A DNA stretch of 63,412 bases, the filler included, from Octopus bimaculoides (Eukaryota): the NCBI RefSeq assembly GCF_001194135.2. It is 7 parts of 6 records of this genome, joined end to end, with 100 filler letters (N's around TTAATTAATTAA, not from the genome) between each part and the next. Parts side by side here need not be neighbours in the genome. Positions count along the whole stretch, not along the records: positions 50,086 to 58,379 come from NC_069008.1; positions 58,480 to 60,687 come from NC_069001.1; positions 60,788 to 62,162 come from NC_068988.1; positions 62,263 to 63,412 come from NC_069000.1; 3 more parts are not named here. One strand, given 5' to 3'. The position numbers were made by a program, and so were the translations under genes. Positions 53,394 to 63,412 of this stretch are shown one piece after another. Every line of letters begins with the position of its first letter. Position 1 is the first letter of the stretch. The notes under the pieces are model-generated. The model was not told the origin of the DNA. It searched no databases and was given only the letters and a program-made list of their open reading frames with translations.

Positions 53394-54210
53394 TTCTAGA
53401 AGCACCAGACCACAGTTGTACATTTCTGGTGTAAACTGAAAATTCATGTTTGAGGATCCGAAACGGGATTGCATAAGAATGTCGAGACACATGCTGTCAT
53501 GATATCTATCCCCTAAAGACTGAGGATTTTGGAGACTGCACAACACCAGCATAACGGCAAAAAAGCTGGCGATTTCTTCAGGGCCATTTCCCATAAAGTA
53601 AAGTTGAAGAAAAGTGTGTTCATCGCCATCTTGTGGAATAAGGGAACCAATTTGATGGTAAATTTGGCCTTGTACTTTGAATGTGGGCACGTAATTTCCA
53701 TCTCTTTTCGGTTTATGTCCCAAACTGGTCATTTGGAAAGCGGAATTGTAGGCTCTTACATTGCGTAGAAAGTGTTTAGAACCTGTGTGGTCACCAAGAA
53801 GCAAGGAAGTCAAAGGTTCGGCATCGACTTTCAAATGAGGCAATCAAACCGTCCCATTGGAGCAGCAAATACCGGCAGCTTCTGCCGGCCACCTCATTGC
53901 GTTACAATGGACGCAAACAGTTGACATGCTACCAATGATGATATGTGTGTGGGATGCGTAATGGGGGCTGCAATGAAAAGCCTTGTTAGACCAGTAACAC
54001 AAAGAAACCCTCGGAAAGACGTGACGACATGTTTTCCATTGAGAATCAGCTCCCAAGCCTTGTTGCCCGTTGGTCAGTTGCCTCTAAATCACGGCTATTT
54101 GACCTGGAAGCAGGATAGCGTGCATGCTGACAGTCAGCTTGTTCAGCTGTCTCGCACGCATTTTTTGCCAAGGTTACTCTTCTTCCTCGAGGTATCCTAT
54201 CAAGAAATCT
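53394..54210 (-). mobile_element. Helitron RepHel remnant, internally deleted
   Basis: IIIGSMSTVCVHCNAMRWPAEAAGICCSNG (Zn-finger-like) and SKHFLRNVRAYNSAFQMTS..PTFKVQGQIYHQIGSL..FLQLYF. These are followed by NPQSL..YHDSMCLDIL..FTPEMYN..LVLLE. Confidence 0.85.
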
Positions 54211-54639
54211 GAAATTCAATAAAACCTAACCAAATGAAATCAAAAAATTACCCAAGTTCTCAATATGGTATCTCAACAAAAACCCCAGAACGTTTAAAAG
54301 GAAATTTTGTTCTGATATTGTCAGCACAAAAATAAATTGTGAATGAGCAGTAACATTTAGAAGCCTGTCTGGACAAAAAGTTTATTGAGAAAATTGACCT
54401 CAAAAATGTTACGCATTTTAATAGAGCTGAACTGTTTCTTTACAAAAAAGATAATTGATGGACAACGAACCTTAATAACACAATAAGCTGAAAGGACAGA
54501 GAAAGGAAGTGAAAGATGTATGTATAGATATATATATATATGTATATACATGATGGAATCTCCCATCGTTAGATGAAATGTGAGGATTCAGGAATTTCTT
54601 ACCGAACAATCACACAGATGATTTGTTTATAGCAATCAA

Positions 54640-54842
54640 ATGTTTGTGTAGAAATAAGTTCACTCCCTCTATCAGATCGACATTACCTGTACAGGTGCAA
54701 CTGGCTGCCACATGTCAGATGTCGAGGTGATCACAACGTGAAATGAAGTGCTTTGCGCAAGGACAAACGCAACGCCCAGTCTGGGAATCGAACCCACGAT
54801 CTCGCAATTATGAGTGAAACACCTTCACCACTTAGCCATACG
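54640..54842 (-). mobile_element. tRNA-derived SINE family E
   Basis: Reverse strand A-box TGGCTAAGTGG, B-box GGTTCGATTCC, CORE-like GTCCTTGCGCAAAGCACTT. Confidence 0.8.
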
Positions 54843-54851
54843 AGGGGGTGG

Positions 54852-55023
54852 GGATCTTTTTTAAAACGGGACAACAACTTTAACATGGAATAACTTGCGA
54901 TGTACTTTTTTTGTTAAGAAGACTAAGAGAAAAAGATGTTTTATATGACACATTCTACCAGTGTTCCAAGTTTCAAAGTGTTTCGTTAAGAAAATACTGG
55001 CGCCCCCGTTTTGAACTAGATCC
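54852..55023. mobile_element. GGATC-ended MITE, 172-bp derivative
   Basis: Ends GGATCTTTTTTAAAACGGG and CCCGTTTTGAACTAGATCC. The right half is the reverse complement of 56438-56535. No TSD. Confidence 0.8.
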
Positions 55024-55094
55024 CTGTCACCTCAACGGCTTATACACATACGCACTCACATACTATAACAGATCTATCTACCTCTCTCTCTCTC

Positions 55095-55866
55095 TGTCGG
55101 TATGCACATACTTGTACGTATATATGCATATACTCATTTACTATTTGTTTTTACATGATTGAACGCAGCGCCTTCCAACTGTAAGTAGTTTTCGTAAACT
55201 CATATCCTCCGACGCTACTCTATCTCTTTCTCTTTCTTTTTTCCCCCTCTCGTTCTTCCTCTTTACTACTACGTATCTCGCTTTACCCCTCTCGTTCTTC
55301 CTCTGTTACTACTACGTATCTCTTTTTCCCCCCTCGTATTTCCTCTCTTTCTCTTTTCCCCTGTTGCTCACCTATTCTTCTACTTCCTCCCTTTGTTTCT
55401 CCCTCTACCACTCTCTCTATAATCCTCTCAATAATCCTTTCCTTCCTTGGCTTTCGCCAAGCAACGCACGCACCACTTTGTCCCTCTCAAGTTCGTGCCT
55501 CATCGCGTTCATACACACATAATTTTTCTCGTCTGGCCGAAAAGCCTTTTCTGTTTGTTTTCCTGTCTTGTTTTTTGTCCGCCACTACATTCCTCCATGG
55601 CTAGATTTAATTTGCGTATACAAATTTAATCTGCGATCCATGGGACGAGCCGTTTTAACGATGCGTCCTGCCCAAGCTCGTCGAAACGCCGGTGTTAAAA
55701 CGTGGGTAGCTGATGAAGTAGAATGTTCTCTATGTGGCTCGTGTGTTCTCGTCTACGTTTGTTTGCAATGTCCTGTACCCAGATATGCACCTATACATAC
55801 AGGTGGATGTCGGTATGCACATACCTGTACGTATATATGCATATACTCATTTACTATTTGTTTTTA
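55095..55866 (+). mobile_element. hammerhead-motif element family G, copy 2, bracketed by a 59-bp direct repeat of its tail
   Basis: 55095-55153 is nearly identical to 55808-55866. Ends at (TA)n. Confidence 0.7.
55663..55722 (+). ncRNA. hammerhead-like motif with non-canonical strand order
   Basis: GCGT-C-CTGCCCA ... GAA-ACGC ... TGGGTAG-CTGATGA, with spacing identical to the 50863 copy. Confidence 0.5.
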
Positions 55867-55929
55867 TATATATATATATCTTTCTATCTATCTATCTTTC
55901 TATTTATTATGTAATAATTCACTTTTTAC

Positions 55930-56128
55930 TATTAGCACAAGGCCTGCAATTACTGTGGGCAGCTAATCGATTACATCAACCTTAGTATTTGACTGGTACT
56001 TAATTTATTGACCCTGGAACGATGAAATGGATAAGTCGACTGAGGCAGAACTTGAACTCACAACACGAAGCTGTATGAAATGTGATTAAGCATTTACTCC
56101 AGCATGGCAACGATTCTGCCAGCTTTCC
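55930..56128 (-). mobile_element. SINE family B, diverged
   Basis: CAAGGCCTG..GATTACATC..CTGGTACTTAATTTATTGACCC..GATTCTGCCAGCT. Confidence 0.8.
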
Positions 56129-56437
56129 CACTTATACGTACACACACTATAGCAACAATAATATACATCAATATAGTTATACTAATACATCTCCTTCTAG
56201 AAATAGCAGTCAAATCTCCTGAAATCACACATCACACTGTGTTATATCTGAATGGATTGTCTGCAATGTAGGTAGGCTCGTTGGAATTACCAATTAATTA
56301 CAGCGTACTCTCTTATGTGTGTCTGATGAGGCCATGCAGGACCTCTTTCTGGTGACTAGACCACTTTCGGTAAATGTCGATTTAACCCTTCCCCTTAAAA
56401 TTTCTGGCATTCTGCATGAATGAGGAACTATAATCCT

Positions 56438-56740
56438 GGATCTAGTTCAAAACGGGGGCGCCAGTATTTTCTTAACGAAACACTTTGAAACTTGGGACAC
56501 TGGTAGAATGTTGTCATATAAAACATCTTTTTCTCTTAAACAGCTGAATACTTGTCAGTGATTGGTTGAAATTATCGAAATAAGACAATTTTTTTACATG
56601 AAATAACTTCGAATACAAAAATTTTTTTCTGTTCTATAACACAAAATAGATAAGTATACGAAGTTTGAAAGTCTTTCCGTACCAAAAACACTACATAAAA
56701 CATTAATGAAAACTGGTAACCCCCGTTTTGAACTAGATCC
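56438..56740. mobile_element. 303-bp MITE with perfect 20-bp TIRs and 8-bp TSD (Merlin-like by inference)
   Basis: TIR GGATCTAGTTCAAAACGGGG / CCCCGTTTTGAACTAGATCC. TSD ATAATCCT at 56430-37 and 56741-48. Confidence 0.92.
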
Positions 56741-57729
56741 ATAATCCTTTTTGAGGGCTGGGAGTAGCTTCTTGTATATCTGTGAATATAGTTGTATTGG
56801 TATTTTCTCTTGCAGAAATAGCAGTCAAATTCCTTTAAATCACACATTATAATGTGTAATGCCTGAAGGATTAGTTATAATTTATTCTGAAGNNNNNNNN
56901 NNNNNNNNNNNNNNNNNNNNNNNNNNNNNNNNNNNNNNNNNNNNNNNNNNNNNNNNNNNNNNNNNNNNNNNNNNNNNNNNNNNNNNNNNNNNNNNNNNNN
57001 NNNNNNNNNNNNNNNNNNNNNNNNNNNNNNNNNNNNNNNNNNNNNNNNNNNNNNNNNNNNNNNNNNNNNNNNNNNNNNNNNNNNNNNNNNNNNNNNNNNN
57101 NNNNNNNNNNNNNNNNNNNNNNNNNNNNNNNNNNNNNNNNNNNNNNNNNNNNNNNNNNNNNNNNNNNNNNNNNNNNNNNNNNNNNNNNNNNNNNNNNNNN
57201 NNNNNNNNNNNNNNNNNNNNNNNNNNNNNNNNNNNNNNNNNNNNNNNNNNNNNNNNNNNNNNNNNNNNNNNNNNNNNNNNNNNNNNNNNNNNNNNNNNNN
57301 NNNNNNNNNNNNNNNNNNNNNNNNNNNNNNNNNNNNNNNNNNNNNNNNNNNNNNNNNNNNNNNNNNNNNNNNNNNNNNNNNNNNNNNNNNNNNNNNNNNN
57401 NNNNNNNNNNNNNNNNNNNNNNNNNNNNNNNNNNNNNNNNNNNNNNNNNNNNNNNNNNNNNNNNNNNNNNNNNNNNNNNNNNNNNNNNNNNNNNNNNNNN
57501 NNNNNNNNNNNNNNNNNNNNNNNNNNNTAACAGAATAAACAAGGTATAAATATTTTTGAAGTCAAATTTTAAAATGAACGGAACATTAAAACTAGTCTGC
57601 ATAAACGGTTTGAGTTTTAAAATAATGAAACTCGAAACCATTTACCGTCTGTTTACAATCGAAATACGATCGCCGAAATATCGATATTCATGCTAGAGTA
57701 TGCGCACCTATGTATAACTAAGATTAGGT

Positions 57730-57889
57730 CATCTTACTGTAGTCACACTGAATCTCCCCGAGAACTACGTTAAGGGTACACGTGTCTGTGGAGTGCTCAG
57801 TCACTCGCACGTTAATCTCACGAGCAGGCTGTTCCGTTGATTGGATCAACTGGAACCCTCGACGTCGTAAGCGACCGAGTGCCAACAAC
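57730..57889 (+). mobile_element. SINE family C, 3' part
   Basis: CTGAATCTCCCCGAGAACTACGTTAAGGGTACAC.. overlaps the reverse of 36384-36430 and ends GTGCCAACAAC. Confidence 0.75.
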
Positions 57890-58146
57890 GAATTTTATCT
57901 GTCCTAAGCATCCATGCTTGCTTTCAGAATTTTAGTTTAGCCCTTGGTTCATGCTTTCTCCTTGTGAACTGTTTGGATAGTTTGTTACTGTTGGTTTGAC
58001 TGTTTTGTGTCTAACGACACACAGTTTTGCTGTTTACGGCTGTTTTGTTGACGCCTTTTCTCCTTGTTCGAAAGCGGAAGCGCAGTAATGGCGGCGAGAA
58101 CAGAAAACGTTAGCTCGTCAGACTTGTCGTCGTCCGAGGAGCATGT

Positions 58147-58379
58147 TAAAAAGATTGACGAGTCAATGGGAAGCCAAGAGCTTCGAAGAGCCAGTAAAAA
58201 GTAAAAGACGTATGCTTGGAAAATTCATTTCTTTATTCCTTATAAAAAAGATTGACGAGTCAATGGGAAGCCAAGAACTTCGAAGAGCCGGTAAAAAGTA
58301 AAAGACGTATGCTTGGAAAATTCTTTTCTTTATTCCTTATAAAAAAGATTGACGAGTCAATGGGAAGCCAAGAACTTCG
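58147..58379. repeat. 97-bp tandem repeat, 2.4 copies running into a gap
   Basis: GATTGACGAGTCAATGGGAAGCCAAG at 58153, 58250 and 58347. Confidence 0.92.
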
Positions 58380-59074
58380 NNNNNNNNNNNNNNNNNNNNN
58401 NNNNNNNNNNNNNNNNNNNNNNNTTAATTAATTAANNNNNNNNNNNNNNNNNNNNNNNNNNNNNNNNNNNNNNNNNNNNCACCACCACCACAACCACCAC
58501 CACCACAACCACCACCACCACAACCACCACCACCACAACCACCACCATCACCAGAAATACCATCATCATCATTATCAACTGCTTCGTCGTTGTTGCCTGC
58601 AGCAGTAGCAAACACCACCACCACCACCACTACCTCAACTGCAATCCTTATCACCGCCCCAATTATCATCTTCATCATCATCATCATCGGCTTCATTAAT
58701 CATTACCATCATCAGTACCATCTTCTTCCCCTTCTTCTTCCTCCTTTTTATCATCATCGTCATCATCTTCATCAACATCATTGTCATCATCATCATCATC
58801 ATTAGCCTGAAGGCATCCTTTCTCTGGCAGACCCGAAACGAAATGTCAATCCATCTGTGACCATACCTTCTCATATTAACCCCCCCCACCCCCACCACCA
58901 CCNNNNNNNNNNNNNNNNNNNNNCCACAAGTACCAGTAATAACCTGCGGTCGATTCAATCGAATTCACTCTCGTCTCTTTACACATTTACCCGCCATTTT
59001 GTGAGACGAACATTAAAAAGAAAAAAAAAAAAACAATTTATTACTATTAGCTATATTATTATCATTATTGTCAA

Positions 59075-59126
<52 letters not shown>

Positions 59127-60290
59127 ATTATTATTGCTTTTATTATTTGTGTTGCTATTGTAGCTGAAGTTATTGTTACAGTTACTGTTCTTGTTGTTAC
59201 CGCCTCCGCCGCCGCCATCATCGTCGTTATTAATATCGTTGTTGCTGTTGTTGTTGTTGATGTTGTTGTTACTACTGCCGCTGTTGTTGCTATTTCTGTT
59301 GTTGTTGTTGCTGTTGTTATTATTGTTATTGTTGTTGCTGTTCTTGTTGTAGTTATTGTTATCCAATAGGTGACTGTTATAGTTAATAATGTGAGAATAA
59401 TTGCAGATAAGATGGCGTCGGTGGAAAGCGAATAAAACTCTGTCACGCCACGTTTTAAACTATTCTCTGGTGAACAACAGAGGAGAAGAGGGCGGACGGT
59501 GGAGAGTGGGGTAGATCGGTTTTATTGAAATATTGTGAGATTTCGGTTAACACAGCTATCAGCTTTTCTACTTTATTTCATACACACACACACACACACA
59601 CACGCGCTAATATGCATGTTTCTACACGCATACAAACAAACACATATACACATCTTCTGCATGTTCTTTTGCTTGTTTTTTTATAATTTCTTTTTGGGGT
59701 TTTTTTTTTTGGCTAGATCTTTTTATATTCTTTTTATTAAATATGCTACAGAGCGGTAGCTTGACAGTGGAGGAGCAGTAGAGGGACTTTAAGAACAGGC
59801 GATAAGCTGGCAGTAGAACTGGCAGTAGAAAGGCAGTAGAAAAGCAGTAGAGATGTAGGAGAGAGAGTGATAAGACCAGGTAATAGAGAGCCAGTTGGAA
59901 AACAGTTGGAAGATAATAGAGAGACAGTAGGAAATACACTAGAGATACAGGCTGAGAAGGGAGAGAAAGAGAGACATACAGACAGACAGATAGACAGAGA
60001 AAGAAAAAGAGAGACAGACAAACAGAAAGATTGGAGTAGGTAATGGAGTGGCAGTAGGAAAACAATACGAAGGCAGTAGAGAGACAGTGGGAAGAACAGT
60101 AGAGAAACAGTTCCAGGCGGAAGAGAGACCATAGGGGGTAGTAGATGGGTAATAGACCAGGTAATAGAGTGGCAGTAGAAAATCAGTAGGAATGCAGTAG
60201 AGAAACAGTAGAAAGTGCAATAGAGAGACAGTCCAGGAAATAGGGTTATGGTAGGGAAGGAGACAGATAGAGAGACAGAAAAGAGAGAAA

Positions 60291-60332
<42 letters not shown>

Positions 60333-60656
60333 AAAAGGCAATAGAAAAGGTAACGGTCCTATCGAATTCCAATCATCTGACCTTCCATCTGAATCTCTGA
60401 TCGCTCAGAGAAGTACCAGTCATACACTGTGGTCGATTCGATGCAAATTTTGTGAAGCAAAATGAAGAAATGTTATTTGTTCAATAATGGTTCAACAAAT
60501 ATTAGTTCAGTTTAAATAGAGTTAAATATAGTTTAAATTAGTTTGCACAAAACCTAATTAAATCTGGTTTATAATACAGCAATGATTGTTAAATACAGCG
60601 GAAATTGATTCAGATTATGATTCTATATATACATTCACCTATACATCGATATATAC

Positions 60657-60687
<31 letters not shown>

Positions 60688-60794
60688 NNNNNNNNNNNNN
60701 NNNNNNNNNNNNNNNNNNNNNNNNNNNNNNNTTAATTAATTAANNNNNNNNNNNNNNNNNNNNNNNNNNNNNNNNNNNNNNNNNNNNGAAACAA

Positions 60795-60857
60795 TTAACC
60801 CTAACTCTAACCCTAGGGTTAGGGTTAGGGTTAGGGCTAGGGTTAGGGTTAGGGTTA
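60795..60857. repeat. interstitial telomeric-type repeat: about 3 CCCTAA units then 7 TTAGGG units
   Basis: Palindrome centred at 60814/60815, with seven GGG tracts at 60816-60854. Confidence 0.9.
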
Positions 60858-60947
60858 AAGCAAATTTAAAATGAAAAAACCAAATAAAACGAAGGTATGG
60901 AGATTAAATACGCTTTACATCGCTTAATGAGCCAAAGGAGTAAATGT

Positions 60948-61149
60948 AAACAACTGAATACTTGTCAGTGATTGGTTGAAATTATCGAAATAAGACAATT
61001 TTTTACATGAAATAAATTCGAATACAAAAATATTTTTCTGTTCTATAACACAAAATAGATAAGTATACGAAGTTTGAAAGTCTTTCGGTACCAAAAACAC
61101 TACGTAAAACATTAATGAAAAATGTGGGCCCCCGTTTTAAAAAAGATCC
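60948..61149. mobile_element. GGATC-ended MITE family, longer derivative (right part)
   Basis: Nearly identical to 56539-56715 and ends CCCCGTTTTAAAAAAGATCC. Confidence 0.88.
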
Positions 61150-61859
61150 CATTCTTGTCCTAAAAATTAATAATAAAGCTGTTATGTAATTTTAGCCAAT
61201 CAAAAACTCCCATAGCCAGCATATCATGTGCTGATTTCCATTGCCATAGAGATCGGCACACACGAAATCTTTACGTGGTCTCTTTACCTGCTAGAAATAG
61301 TAACCAAAGTTTCCTTAAACTATACCATAATGCCTAAGAAGCAACACGAACGAAACATTGCACCACAGCACTTTATTTCCTCGCTTGGGGGTAGGTCCAA
61401 GTGCTTTCCACTTCTTGAGTGTTATTAATAACATTTAAATTAGAGTCAATCTCCACGGATGTAAACTTTTATCGAGCTCTCGATCCTCGAAACACTTACT
61501 GGGTACCACAGATCGATACAAAATGTAGTCTATTTTCTTATGACTACGGCTTACAGCTACTGATATAGGCGTGACGTGTAAAAGATGAAACTCCACGATC
61601 CCGTGGAGTTTCATCCCATGGAGAGGTTATGACATCAGAGTTTGCTTTGGTTCTTCAGATGCCAGCGGCAGCCAACACATTACAGGAGACTGAGCAGACA
61701 GTTAAAAAACAGAGGAGCTTTGGTCAAATAAAGTAATAACTCTAGATAGTTCTTCCAAGTCCATGCGATTAACTACTAACTAACTAAATAAATAAATGAA
61801 TAAATAAATAAATAAACAAACAACAGAGATTCTACTTTTATCGCACAAGTAACCTAAAG

Positions 61860-62139
61860 CAGGGGTTTTCAAACTGTGCTCCGCAAGGACAAGACAGGGG
61901 GTCCGTGGACAGCAAATACATTTTACGGGCAATTTGATTTTATATATGTTTTTTTAATCGAAATCTTTTAATTAACAATAAACCTATTTGTTAAATACTG
62001 TTAAATAAATAAATGTAAAAATATATGTTATTTTAAGCAAATATTTATGTATAAATTTCATAAGCGTTTATAAGGGGGTCCCTAAGGTAAAGCCTGAAAT
62101 ATAAAGGGGTCCGCAAGTCAAAAAGTTTGAAAACCCCTG
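61860..62139. mobile_element. hAT-type MITE, 280 bp
   Basis: Perfect 16-bp TIR CAGGGGTTTTCAAACT / AGTTTGAAAACCCCTG. 8-bp TSD ACCTAAAG at 61852-59 and 62140-47. Confidence 0.93.
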
Positions 62140-62747
62140 ACCTAAAGAGTTTAAAAAAAGTTNNNNNNNNNNNNNNNNNNNNNNNNNNNNNNNNNNNNNN
62201 NNNNNNTTAATTAATTAANNNNNNNNNNNNNNNNNNNNNNNNNNNNNNNNNNNNNNNNNNNNATATATATATATATATATACACACACTTAGAATTATAC
62301 ATATTCGTCCGAACACACATACACTCACATTCCCTCTCTATCTCTCCTTCCCATTCTCTGTCTGTCTCTCTTCCTGCCTTTCTTTCTCAAGAAAACGCAC
62401 ACACACAACACACACACACACACATACACATGCACACACATCGTACGAACAAACAAAACATGTTCACGCGTTAAATCATTCACAAAGACAAACTAAATTA
62501 GCGCCCTCTGCCGAATTTTAGTTCAAGGGAATTAACTCTCAATAACTATATTGTAGAGTTATTCCCCTTAGATGCTTTTTTTCTTTTTTTTTCTTTTTTC
62601 TTTCGTTTTTATTTCGAGTAGGTACTTGATGAATTATTAGGAAATAAAGTACAAATTTTACTTAGCAAACATGAAATTTACCTTTCACTTATTGCTTTGT
62701 AAGCTAATGTATGAAAGTGACTTGTGAGTTACAAGACAGTTTCAATA

Positions 62748-62910
62748 GGCGCAAGAGTGGCTGTGAAGCAAGTAGCTTGCTTACCAACCACATGGCTCCG
62801 GGTTCATTCCCCCTTCGTGTTAACTTGGGCAAGTGTCTTCTACTATAGCCACGAGCCAACCAAAGCCATGTGAGTGGATTTGGTAGACGGAAACTGAAAG
62901 CATCCCGCCG

Positions 62911-62945
<35 letters not shown>

Positions 62946-63093
62946 ATGGTTGTGTGTCTGTGATTGTCCCTCCACCATCGCTTGACATCCGATGTTGGTG
63001 AGTTTACATCCCTGTAACTTAGCGGTTTGGCAAAATGGACTGATAGAATAAGTACTAGGCTTACAAACAATAAGTCCTGGTGCCGATTTGTTG
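62748..63093 (+). mobile_element. SINE family A, near full length
   Basis: Head GCAAGAGTGGCTGTG, CORE-like TTGGGCAAGTGTCTT, internal (TA)(TG) tract, tail AATAAGTCCTGG. Confidence 0.92.
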
Positions 63094-63142
63094 ATTTTTT
63101 TTTTTTTTTTTTACTATATTTCTAGATTTTAAAGCAATGGGC

Positions 63143-63412
63143 TGTTAGAATCAGTAGCACGTCAGAGAAAATGCTTAGCGGTTCGTCTTTACGTTCTGAG
63201 TTCAAATTTCGTAAAGTGCGATTTTCCATTTCAGCGTTTAAGTGTCGATAAAATAATTGTCACTCACGTACTACTTCACCCTCCTCTCAAAATCTGCTAG
63301 CCCTGTGCCTCTTTTACGAAACTGAAATAAAAGGAGTACTACGGAAACATTGAGCTTGATGTAATCGACTAGCCCCCCTCCGACAAAATTTCAGGCCTTG
63401 TACCTTTAATAG
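63143..63412 (+). mobile_element. SINE family B, diverged and interrupted
   Basis: Head and B-box GTTCTGAGTTCAAATT, tail GATGTAATCGACT..AAATTTCAGGCCTTGT. Confidence 0.7.

Noticed and set aside
56323-56329. Isolated CTGATGA (also minus strand at 15770-15776)
   Set aside because: No GAAA strand or pairing stems in either canonical or rearranged spacing.
59409-59417. YY1-like AAGATGGCG
   Set aside because: A single short motif whose ORF stops after 7 codons; expected by chance.
59760-60350. Purine-rich region with recurring CAGTAGA and GACCAGGTAATAGAG words
   Set aside because: A degenerate low-complexity minisatellite with no definable unit or further structure.
60795-60857. Ancient telomere-telomere fusion site
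   Set aside because: A fusion gives (TTAGGG)n(CCCTAA)n. The order here is reversed and the tract is short.
31573-62218. Six TTAATTAATTAA motifs
   Set aside because: Each is centred in an N44-12-N44 block, so they are artificial scaffold linkers.

Overview
Repeat-saturated, gap-riddled, apparently non-coding animal genomic DNA. The SINE, LINE and microsatellite complement suggests an Octopus-like cephalopod (inference from recalled repeat families, no search run). I found no supportable host gene, and most listed ORFs are microsatellite read-throughs. The window holds five tRNA-head SINE families (labels A-E are mine), decayed RTE and R4/Dong-like LINEs, two maT/DD37D-type transposase remnants, a Helitron remnant, a HINE-like element and hAT-, piggyBac- and Merlin-like MITEs. 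The most interesting signal is a set of short non-coding elements that end in (TA)n, several with Penelope-like direct or inverted duplications of their own tail, and that carry hammerhead ribozyme cores. These are one canonical type I hammerhead (47840-47915), one degenerate minimal dimer-type motif (11532-11566) and four motifs with the three hammerhead strands in a non-canonical order (50863, 55663, 48684, truncated at 18589). A CpG-rich 56-bp hairpin array with compensatory stem changes interrupts the R4-like LINE. Six N44-TTAATTAATTAA-N44 blocks are scaffolding linkers, so long-range adjacency is uncertain. All alignments and folds were done by eye, and element boundaries are approximate unless a TIR or TSD is quoted.
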